Assembly: GCA_020137815.1 (NCBI GenBank)
Contig: CM035355.1
Location: 6,944,001 to 7,008,000, forward strand
Direction: 5' to 3'
DNA length: 64,000 bases
Source of the DNA: Hormiphora californensis
Taxonomy: Eukaryota; Animalia; Ctenophora
Shown here: piece after piece, positions 39,530 through 51,200 of the stretch
How the letters are laid out: every line of letters starts with the position of its first letter
Position numbering within the stretch: the stretch's first letter is position 1
Notes under the pieces: generated by a model
Database searches by the model: none
What the model was told of the DNA's origin: nothing
What the model saw: only the letters and a program-made list of their open reading frames with translations
Made by a program: the position numbers and the translations under genes

Positions 39530-41000
39530 TCCTATAGCAGGCACTTCCCCGCCCAAAGGTTGCTTTTTCATTCCCCTTTCTCGTCATAAGTGTTTAATAT
39601 AAATCACCCCCCCAGCTCCCGCATTTTTTTCCCCCCATTCTTTTGGGCCCTTTGTTTTTGTGTGTGTGAGAGGTAATCCTTCGCTCACTCAGCGTGGGTA
39701 CAGATCTTGATCTGGTGCACAATGTTAGACGTGCCCCCTCTCTCTCTTTCCTCGCCTCTTGGACCATGAATAATAGATGTGGAGGGTGCGTGTATGGAGA
39801 GGGAGGGAGAAAAAGAGAATGGGAGATGAAAAAAGAAAAAGGAGGGGGAAGAAAAAGGGGAAGAGAGGGGAGGGGTTGAGGGGAAAGAAAATTTCCCTTA
39901 AATCAAAGGGGCCCCTTGCCCTTCCGGTCCCTAAAAATTGTGTAGCCAGTGGCCCCTTCTCTGTGAGGGGGGTCCCCCAAGGGACCGGAAGGGGCCCCGG
40001 AACGCAGAAATGTTTAAAAACGGCTTGATTAACCCTGCGATAGAGAGGCGGGGAGAGGGGAAAAGGGAGAGGGGAGAGAGAGAGGAACTGCGACAGAGGC
40101 CACTGCCGAGGGCCGCCCCCCCCCTTTCCCCCCCCCCCCCCTTTTTTCCCCCCCTTTTTTCCCTAGCTCACCCCCCGGGGGGGGCCCTTCTCCCCCCTGG
40201 GTTTTTAAAATTTTTTTCGAGATCACGTGAAAATCAAATTGAGACTAGGGGCATGTCACGTGATCAGGGTCCACCCTCACAAAAGATTTGGTTACCCCCC
40301 CTTTCTTCAAAAAACACCATATTTTTAAATTTAATTTGCTACTATTTACGGGTTATTTAATTTGCTCACCCCTTTGGTTCCATCTTTTCCCCCTTTATTC
40401 TCCCCTCCCCCGGGGTCACCCCTCTTCCTACCCCAAACAGGCACGTGCCTAGGTAACGCCCGCCTTTGGGCCCCCGCCCCTTTGGCAAATCACAGTGCTC
40501 TGGGGGAAGGCTAAAATATTTACTCAGGAAAAAAACCCCCTTCTCAACCCCTTTCCCTCTCTCTCTCTTTTACCCCTCTATTTTATTTTTTTACTTTTTT
40601 TTCTCTTTTTTTTATTTTTCCCCCAAATTCTTTTTTTGTTTTTTTTTGAGAGGAGAGAAAAAAAACCCTTTTTCCTTTTCCCGCCCTTTTCATGGGAAAA
40701 CTTACTACCCCTCCCTCCCCCTTTATTTAGCAGGGCTTGCCTGCACAAATTTCAAACCGGAGGGAAAAACAAAAAGCCTGACAACTCAGCGGTGCCAAAA
40801 TTTTTCAGGTTAGCCCCCCCTTACCCTTTTTGGATCCCCCCCGGGTCGAGTTTTTCCCCGGGGAAAAACCCCCCGCCCCCAATACCCCCAGGAAAATCCC
40901 CCTTTGGAAGGCTCATAAAAATGGTCGCACAGTTTTCTGCAATCGATCCCCCTTTTCTCAGAAAAAGATTTTTTCCGTTTCCCCAAACCCAAAGAACAAC
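39530..41000. other. Low-quality, homopolymer-inflated sequence covering the 5' part of the homeobox gene
   Basis: Dense homopolymer runs; ORFs rich in P/F/K/G without domain signal. Confidence 0.65.
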
Positions 41001-41050
41001 AAAAACAGCCCCTAAAACCCACCCCAGTAGTCGAACAACAACAACAACAA

Positions 41051-41608
41051 GTGATAACCCCAGCAACCACAACAGCAGCACTGGGGGCAGACACAAACGC
41101 TCTTCTGAGGACGCTGAACCAGAGTCTACTCCTCCAGGATATCAATACCAGTCTGGCTCTCCAGTTGGCGAATGGGAATGGTGGAGCCCCTGCCACTAAG
41201 ATCGTACCAGCCCCCGTCACGACAGCCGCCCTGTTTACCCCCGAGCATCAAACCATGGAACAGGCCATGAAATCCAACCTATTTGTGATGGAGAACAAGG
41301 GTAGTAACTTCATACCAATCAGAGATTTCAAGAAACCAGGCCCAAAGTACACCAGAAAGAACTTCTCGCCGGACCAGATTGAAGGATTGGAGGCAGCCTT
41401 TTCCGAGCACAGATTTGTGAAGAAAGACCTGCGGAGAGAGCTAGCGAGGAAGTTGAACCTGAGTGAGAGGAGCATCTCCTACTGGTTTCAAAACAAGAGA
41501 GCCCGGAGCAAGCCGCCAATAACGATGAGTAGCGAAGCGGCAAGGTCAGCTACGTCCCACAAAGATGGGGATTCTTCACCTCTTGGATCCTTCCCCCTAG
41601 CAACGTGA
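41051..41608 (+). CDS. Homeobox transcription factor (divergent Q50 homeodomain), 3' part only
   Basis: Homeodomain at ~41342-41515: PKYTRKNFSPDQIEGLEAAFSEHRFVKKDLRRELARKLNLSERSISYWFQNKRARSK; in-frame poly-Q just upstream. Confidence 0.9.
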   Translation: MITPATTTAALGADTNALLRTLNQSLLLQDINTSLALQLANGNGGAPATKIVPAPVTTAALFTPEHQTMEQAMKSNLFVMENKGSNFIPIRDFKKPGPKYTRKNFSPDQIEGLEAAFSEHRFVKKDLRRELARKLNLSERSISYWFQNKRARSKPPITMSSEAARSATSHKDGDSSPLGSFPLAT

Positions 41609-42299
41609 GGAGCGCCCGGTGCGCTGCAATATCGGAACAATCAGAGTGAGAGAGAGAGACAGGCTAGGGAAGTTGTGAGTTATTTTTATGCGAAATGTAC
41701 CTGCTGACACATTATATATGATTGCTATATATATTGAACAACCGATATTATGCGTTTCTTAATTTGTCCGTTCGTTCTCTGCGAGCTCTTTCAATGTCCC
41801 CTCGACCTAATCAAACGCTCCGTGGACCGAGAGAGGGAGCTGAGAGGGAGAGATCAGAGAGAGAGAGAGAGATAAAGAAATAAAGGGAGAGAGATAAAGA
41901 AAGATAGAGAGAGAAGGCCATCTCACACAGTTGTGGTAATGCAATGAGAGGAAAATCTAGTCAAACAAATGATGAGAGTGCGTTGCCGTGGTAACAGGGG
42001 GCCCATATCATTCATCTCTCACTCACCCCTTTTCAAATCGAATGCCGTACACTCCCCATTTATATTTCTCAGTCCAGACACCCCCCCCCCCCTTTCACAT
42101 ATAGATTGTGTACAAGGTCTCACCCCCTAGCTCGCTCTATGGTTTGACAATTTCCTGGTCAGGAGACACGTGTGATCACGTGACAGCTGGTCCCCCTCTG
42201 TTACCCCGGGTGATATGCCTCCCATTGGGCGGGGGACAATGGTCCATTGACAGCGCGGGGTACCCCGCCTTCCTGAATGGTGTGGTGAGAGAGAGAGAG

Positions 42300-42338
<39 letters not shown>

Positions 42339-45285
42339 GAGAGAGGAGGGAAGGAAGATAGAGAGAGAGGGAATGCGAAGAAATGTTAAAAACCACGTCA
42401 AGGGTTGATCAAATGTGGTGGGGAAATGAGACGCGGTGAATGATCAAAAGCTTTCAAAAAGAGAAGAAAAGAGGGAGAGAAGCAGAATGTTGAAGACTTG
42501 AATCCTTTTCAATTTACCCACTGCTCTTTCAATGAAAACACTTACAAGAGGTGAGGAGGGGGAAGAGATCATGATTTCGTAAGAGAAAGAGAGGGATGCG
42601 AAGTGAGAGGGATCGTTTGTTTAGATGGTTCGAGCTTGGATTTGAGTATACATCTTTAGTTGGGGTAGAGGGAGGGAAATTTGAGAAAGGGGGTTTTTTG
42701 GATGGGGATTAGAAACTTATATTGATCAGAGGAGTGGGTAACATTTGGAACTAATCGTATAAGTATACTTTCATCCACTCCCACTTTCTTCTATACCCCC
42801 CCTCACCTACTTTCTTTTACAGGGGTATTATTCACTAAAGTACCCATGACTGTTGGTGAGCTAACTTGCGACACAATTTTAACGTGTAGCTTACTCTTCC
42901 GCATATATAATAGCAGTCACGTTCTAGTAAAACTGAAATTGATCTCATCTGATCTAGACTTGGATATTAAAACTGAAATTGCTGCTCGAGGCATTAATAA
43001 CCGAACTTGGAAGTGCTGATGATCATCAATCATGTTGGAGCATTGGAGCGAGAAAAGCGGTCAGAGCATTGGCCTGAAAGTGATGATCGGTTAATGCCGG
43101 GTTTACTATTTGGTACGGTTTTGGTTCACATGGGGTTTTTAAGAATTGTAGTCTGTGAACTATCCCTATTAGCAGTATGATAACTACTTCCTGTGTGGCT
43201 AGGTCTAGCTAGACATTGACTAGCTACGCTTAACCTAGAGATCCTGAGAAACTTGCTGTGAATGGCTCGAGTTATCCTAGCCCTCAGTTGTTGGCGCTAG
43301 TAGCTATCAGCATACAGTAGAATTTAGTAATCGGTATGGTAATGGGTTTGTTTTGAGAGTTCCGTTGGATATTAGCAGGACCACCAGACGAGCAGTGAGT
43401 TGGAGTGCACGACACCATATCCAGCAATTTGAGGCCAATTAGGTATCATGTCAATATGTCATTGTAAAAAAGTGAAGTTTTGAGTGAAGTTTTGAGCGAC
43501 GATAGAGAGAAAGACTTGGAGGCCGTGAGACCAAGATACCTGGGTAACACCATACCTGGGTGCAGATTATAATAGGACCACCGTTCACTGCGCTGTGTCG
43601 AAAAGTAGAGCACGAAATTCTTTTCTATCGATAATAAAAGCTCTATCATGGAGAAGAAAAAACCTCTATCATCCTTGGAGCGTTTGACACGATATATGCT
43701 TTGCTTGTCTAACAAAAGACTGCCCTCTCCGAACAGTCGACAATGCAGCAGTATAACAATGCTTTAGATACTTATTCAGAATCGCAGCACATACAAACCA
43801 CCATCATTCGATCGATCTGCCCATAAATCCACAAATTTCGTCTGATAAAGTTGAGCAGTACTAAAATCCCCCAATCCACTTCCCCCAATTTTAAAATAAA
43901 TAAATATAACCATAGAACCTTTTCCACCCACTAATCAGTGAGAATCTCACTGAGATTATCGCAGTCACTGCAACTAAGATGTCTGGTTGAGTGATTGTAT
44001 TCGGTCCTTCAATACCGACTGAATACAATCACTCAACCAACAGTCATCTCACAACAAAACACCTTATTCAACAGACACCCCAACAATACACCGCCAACTA
44101 TGAATTGAAGTACCTGGTGCGGTTGCAGTAGTCAGATTATGGTATGTTTGTCCAGTATCATAGTAGTTTCCTGTCTTGGCCAATTTAGCTTAAATCAACT
44201 GAAAAATGGGTGATGTTGAAAAGACGTGAGCCGGGGTTCCTGGCCCAGGAAACGGAATTATGCATTCTGTGAGAGGCGGTAGAACACACGAGAATACGTT
44301 CGCGCGAGCTTTATAGCCCGGTCGTACTCGCGCGCTACAAACATGTTCAATTAAAATTTTAGGGGCAGTGTCTGGGAAGCTCGACACAGGCAATTTGGTG
44401 ACCAAATTTTGGTCACTTTTTGTTCAAAATCAAATAGTAATTTGGGAGATCTTGGAAATCAAATTTTGATTTTTCTATAATCAAATATAAATAAAAATAG
44501 CCTGCAACGAAAGTAAAGGTTGTCATCTACCTTCATATCCGATAGCTCCAGGTCCAAAACAACTACCAGTGCACCACAGGATTTCTGATGGAGTGATATG
44601 TGTTAGTTGAGAAAACTTTAGTGGGGTAGAAAAGAGAAATGGTGAAGGATTCAAGTTTCAACTCACCTGATGATGAAGTCAACTATTAGCAACTTTCAAT
44701 ATTCCCATCTCCTTCGTTCCTTGACAGAAGCTTTCGAGAATGTTTCACGTCATCCTCTCTTCTTCGACTCATCAATTCCTTCTTTCAAAAATAGAGGGTG
44801 CATTAAAGTTCATACAATTCAATGGAGATAGAACGGTGCACCTCGACATACCCTGTAAAAATCCTTCCGCGAGTAGTCCGGTATTGCCTTGTTCGACGCC
44901 CCACGCCCAAAACAAGTCCGGTAAGTCGGATTTTTTTGAAGTTTTCACCCCAAACTCTTATAATAGTGTCATGTTTTACTTTTTGACGCGTACAACACAC
45001 TTTAACATGTGATAGACGCACAAAAAAACGAGCCCACGAGAAGGGGGGGGGGACAACTTTTAAAAAATCTGACTTTAAATCGAGGCTTGACTGAAAACGT
45101 CATTAACTTTTTTTGAAAGGATCAAAACATACACAAACACATTACATTTTAAAAAACACACTCATACGTCATGGCATTATAATAAATAAAACTGAATTGT
45201 GTTCGCAGGGCAGGGTTCAGTGAGACTGAGAGAGGGGAACGCAAGACAATAATTGTTCATGCAAAGTTTTATTTTGGAAATAGCA

Positions 45286-48200
45286 TCATTTATCTAACAT
45301 TTCTACTGCAACAGAATTGTCCACCACACGACTTGGTTCTTCCTTATTATCATCATTCTGTCCTTCGTCTGATTTTCTATCGCAGCAACGGGGCCGAGAG
45401 GCAATGGGGAAGAGAGTTGAATTCCTCAGGGGCGCCACCAGGAAGGAGTCAAGGAACATTTGTAGAGGGTGGGATATAAAGGCAGGGAGTAGAATCAGGG
45501 CTGTTGAACCTAGTGAACACAATACTTTTAGTCAACCTCCAAATGTCCAAATTTGGGAAAGGTATGCCCAAATTGGAGAAAGAGATGCCCAAATTTGGGA
45601 AATGTATGCCCAAATAAGGAGATATTGTTACCTAGTGATGCGGGTAGAGCGGTTGCTATGGCAGTACCCAATACCAGTGTTTTCTGGGATACTAACAGCA
45701 TCATAACGCACGTTCCTTTCCTGAAATGTATTATTATGTGTGTCACAGTTCTGTATCTGTGTGGGTAGCTGGGTGTAAAACTGTAAACATCAAAATACAT
45801 CTTGAATCACTGGGACCCTCGGTTTCTAAACAAGAAAGATAGCGATATTTTACCTTTTGAAGAGAGCACCAATTGAAAGGGTGAAAGTCAGGAGAAGCAT
45901 TAGCAGATGAGCCAAAACACACAGGACTATAAGGATACCCAAATCTCTCCACCTGGGATAGTTTACTTGATTAGTAAACACTGGTCCCTGATTGGCTGAT
46001 AACCAGTCACGTGACCTAAATTACGAGTTCTGATGGTACTTGATTGCACTTTACAGGTAACTTCTTAGATGTGTGAGGGGTCATAAAATCGTGGTGCAAG
46101 GGGGAGGACCCAGTGGCATGAGTTATAAAATCTGCCGGAAACATCCAAAATTCGATATCCGGTTCCTGCCGGTTTTTCTGCCGGAAAATTAAAAATTTAC
46201 TTGATATGCCTGGTTTTTTGCTCGCATTTTCTATTGCACGGTGTGTAAAGGTCTCGCTACTTACAGTATGTGGAAGCTATTTTGAATTGAGAATTCGAAA
46301 AATTGTGAAAAAATTAAATTTGCTCCAAAACGGATTGGAAAATGTGTACTTTTATGCCACTGGGAGACTCGGAGAACGTAGTACATTATTCATTTTTTCT
46401 CTTTTAATTTCCTTGATTTAGAATTGACAAATCTTTAATTAGTGAATTAAAAAGTATATGATTCGTTGGTTTGATGAATTTTCTTAGTTTAGAATTGACA
46501 TATAATATTATCATAATGGTCATACTTCGGGAAGTTGATTTAAAAAATGGGGCGAAGAGTGTTGAAACCAAAGATTGAGTAAAGGAAAAACGGAAAGTGA
46601 TAAAGAATCGGGAAGACTGAGAAAATAATTACAGTCGGACCCCGATTTACCGGGATGATCGGTGCGGTGAAAGGGTTTTGCCCGGTAAATCGGGGTCAGA
46701 CTGTATTTGTAATTCCAATTCTCTTTCTTTATAAAGAGACAGAATTATTTTGTCACGTGCGAAGAAGGATGTCCGGGATCGTAAGGGAGAAGTATAGAAG
46801 AGCTGCTGTAGTCCGCAGTAGTGGCTAATCTGTTTTTTTAAACATACATATTTCCCATTGATATCTCCACCCCCACTAATGTTTTTTAACATGTCTCCAC
46901 TAGCGAATTTGATGAATTTCCCTGAAAGGTGACCAAGTCACCAAGTACATACCTAAATGTCTTCAAAATATATATAATATCTTCAGAATTTATAATTAAT
47001 TGCAACTAATCAATTAATTAATTGTCGGATCAGCAGTGCATCTCTCAGCTTAGTTCCTAGCCGATTGTTTGTAATCCAATCCTTCCTTTGGTAAAAAATT
47101 AGCGACTGTCAATTCCTAGTGACTTTTAATTGTCTGGATGGGCACAATGTATGAATCAGTATCAATTTCAGTTGTTGCTCTTTCAAATTGTCAGCTTTCA
47201 AAGCACGTTTAAATTAGAGTTAGGTAATGAGTAAGGGTTAGTACTGCAGGTGGTAGAACAATGAACTGAAGTGCAATCATTTTCTTAACAAGCCCTCCTT
47301 TTTATAGAGCAAACAACTACATAGCCGATTCAACTCTGCGAACATGGCCCTCGCGTTTACTGTAAGGGTTATTTCATTGGTTTTAATGATGTACGTCATG
47401 TCACCTGGACCAGCTACTGAACCTAAATCTACCGAGGCATCTGAACCAACTACTGAACCTGAATCTACCAATGCATCTGAACCAGCTACTGAACTTGAAT
47501 CTACCAATGCATCTGAACCAACTACTGAACTTGAATCTACCAATGCATCTGAACCAACTACTGAACTTGAATCTACCAATGCATCTGAACCAACTACTGA
47601 ACCTGAATCTACCAATGCATCTGAACCAGCTACTGAACCTGAATCTACCAATGCATCTGAACCAGCTACTGAACTTGAATCTACCAATGCATCTGAACCA
47701 ACTACTGAACCTGAATCTACCAATGCATCTGAACCAACTACTGAACTTGAATCTACCAATGCATCTGAACCAACTACTGAACCTGAATCTACCAATGCAT
47801 CTGAACCAGCTACTGAACTTGAATCTACCAATGCATCTGAACCAACTACTGAACCTGAATCTACCAATGCATCTGAACCAGCTACTGAACTTGAATCTAC
47901 CAATGGCACAAATAGCACCCGACCGAATTCTATCACAAGTTCTACCATGGCGAGTGCTCCTAGTAACGACTGTGAAGTAATTGTTGAAGTGAATGGTTAC
48001 CTACACGAACAGTGTGGTGAGCAATATCCTTGGATAAAGGATTATCTATACAAGTGCCCCTGGTCAGATGACTTATACGATGTTCGTACTATGTTTAACC
48101 CTGCCGGTCATCATAATGATAAAAACTGCGAAAGCCTTGAATTCAACATACGCTGCCCAAATGACCCGGGAGTTTACCAGGCATGCGGACATAATGGTTG

Positions 48201-51200
48201 TTCAGTGTACAGAGAACTGAACGGGACAACCCTCCTCTGTGGAACGTACATCTGCGAATATGATACTAAATACGCGAAATATTTCGATGGTGGTAGCTTT
48301 TATGAGAAGGAAGCTCACTGTGACTCATCTTTCAAATGTGACAGGGACTTGAACATGGTAGGTTGTGATGGTAGTAATAACACATCGGAGTGTGATGGGG
48401 TATGCGACGGTAGGTACTGTGAAGATGAGTCTTACTGTAACGGTGTACAGTATTTCAATTAAAGAGAAACAACGATTTTGCAGTACTAATATTCAATTAA
48501 GAACAGGAGCTTTCGACTGATCTATGTCAGACGTCTTCAGCTATAACAACAATGAAAATGAAAGTGTTTATGTAGTGGAGAAGAGGATATGGGATCCGGG
48601 GAGGGGAGGAGAGAGGAAGGGATGAGATCCGAGAAGGAAGATGCGATCCGAGAGGAGGGGATGGGGGAGGTGATCCAGGGGAAGGGAGAAGAGGTGATCC
48701 GAGCTGAAGAGAATTAGGAAACAGGTTTGGGAGATCTAGGTTTGATGGAGATGCCAGCAGGACGAGGTTTGAAGGAGTTAGCAATCCTGGGGAGAAGGTG
48801 AGTCCATTGGAGGTTGACAGTAGGAACTTTATCTGTTCGGTTAATCGCCGGTTGAAGAGTGTGAATAGCCGCTTGTTCCAGTAGATTGAGACTAAGGCAG
48901 GAGGAAGAAGAGGAGAGGATAGAGGTAGAATTCCAGTCCATGGTGTGTCCAGATTCCCGAGCGTGGATAGCAGGAGCAGATTTCATCTTCCCATCGGTGT
49001 TGTAGAGAGAGTTGTTGTAGAAGTTTGATTCGTGCTCCTTAATCCGAGTTTTAACTGGTCGCTTGGTCTGGCCAACGTAGAAAGATGGGCAGTCGCGGCA
49101 GGGAATGGAGTAGATGGAGTTGGGAGTACTATCAGAAGGAGGCGAAGATTTGGTCTGGGTGAGGATGTTCCGTAGGGTAGAAGAGGAAGAGAAGGTGACG
49201 TCTATGTTGTAGCGGTTGAGGGTCCGTTTGAGTCGAGAGGAGAGGTCCGGGTGATAGGGTAGGACTACACGGTGGACGAAGGAAGAAGGAGGACGGGATT
49301 TTGACGGTTTGGGGTGTAGAAGGCGGTCCCGAACAGTAGACATCAGAGTGGAGATCTCGTAGGGAGGAAATCCATTGCAGAGACAGATGTTGTAGACTGT
49401 GTCGAGTTCCTCTTCGAGGTGTTGGGGAGAACAGATGTTGTAGGCCCGACGGGTTAAGGATTGGATAACAGAGCGGCGTGTAGAGGCAGGAGTAGAGGAG
49501 TTGTACTTGAGATAGAGGTTGGTATGTGTAGGTTTCCGGTAGACAGAGGTAGAGAGGTCGGGATGGAGAAGGACGTCCAGATAGGGGAGAAGTCCATCCT
49601 TAGGGTGCTCGATGGTGTACTTGAGATCTGGAGCAAGGGAGTTGATGTAGGAGAAGAAAGACTCGGCGTGATCATAATCCCTGGCAGCTCCTATGGCGTC
49701 GTCAACGAAGTGGTTCCAAGATCCCAGTGGGTCGGAGAAGGACTTGAGAGCGTGTTGTTCCTGTTCCGTAACACGAATCTCAGCCAGGATAACGGTGAGG
49801 GGAGTACAGTATGGTGTAACATGTGGGGACAAATGGGTGGATCCTAACTGGATGTGTGATGGCAGGTCATATTGTCCCAATGGGGAAGAAGAAGTTGGGT
49901 GCTTGAATTGGACCACTGCTGACCATACCACATGTATGAATCGGTGGGGGTTTATACAACGTATCAAGATACAGCAAAGTATGCGGTGCTTCCCCCTCCA
50001 ACATAAACAAATATGTGAAAATTCGCAGGATCAGACCAACTGCAGTGATCCTGAAAGGGTTGCAGTTCATTGTATGTCAGAGGGATACCCAACAAACATT
50101 TCCATCTGGGGATACTGCAGCGACTTTAAACTCTGTGATGATAATTACAATAATGAGTGCTTTGAACCTGAACTGGGGTGTAAAATCCACAAGGGACAAA
50201 AGTGTGATGGACATGTTGATTGTAAATTTAAAACAGACGAAAGCTGTGAAAGTCTCACTAGTATTCGTTGTGTTCGAAGATTCCGATCACCGCACGTGGA
50301 AAGGAATACACCACTAAGGATACCATTGGAATGGGTTATGGACGACCAGATTGATTGCCTGGATGAGACAGATGAAGATCCAGACCAATGGAAAACGTGT
50401 GTATCAGGCAACATCACCCATTACATAGATCCCAAATCGGATTGTCAACAGGTCCTCTTATGCCCGTCAGGAGACAAATTTATAGATCTTGCTAAACTTT
50501 GCGATGGAGTTAAAACGTGTTCTATTGAAAACGAACTTTGTGCAGCGGTAAATAATTTTGGAATTGAAGAAGTTGCTCGCATCACTCGCATTACCAAAAA
50601 TAGTCAGCGGATACTGCTACCTTGCGTGTCGGGAGGAAGTAAGCACTCATCACGCCAACTGACTAACTGCACGACAATAGAACACAAGACCGGACTCGCA
50701 CAAACAGTTCTTGATGTCCAGAAACCTGTGATGATCATCCTACCCAAAGACAAGATAAACTGCTCGCATTTGTATGGGGAAAACTATGTGTATGCGGCAT
50801 GCAACAAACGTTGTCTGGATGCTGAATGCCCTCTCATCGATGTACCTGGAGACACTTGTCACAACAAACTTGAATACAGAGTCCGAGCTCTCACAAAGAA
50901 TAACACGCTAACAACTGTGCTCAAAATCAAAAACGGTACAGCGTATGACAAACAGATTTTCCCATGCGTCAACAAAAATTGTGTCCAATATGCACAAGTA
51001 TGTGACCTTAAAGACGACTGTGGAGATGGTTCTGACGAGAAAAAGTGTGAAAACAATTTTAAATGCGACACAAGTTATACTTATCTGAACTTGTCACAAG
51101 TGTGCAATGGAGTGGTGAGTTGTAGGGACTACTCTGACGAATGCCAGCCTCAATGCCCGCCCAGCAACAAAAACATTTTTGCAAACAACTACCTAAGGAC

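Noticed and set aside
39694-41220. Cluster of overlapping ORFs upstream of the homeobox
   Set aside because: Same low-quality signature; the true 5' exons cannot be read.
43010-43070. CTGATGA...GAAA possible second hammerhead
   Set aside because: No convincing stems II or III.
43984-44039. 19-bp-arm hairpin as a miRNA or terminator
   Set aside because: No supporting context; more likely a MITE relic.
47410-47913. 36-bp periodic repeat resembling a CRISPR array
   Set aside because: No unique spacers, in-frame coding, eukaryotic context, no cas genes.
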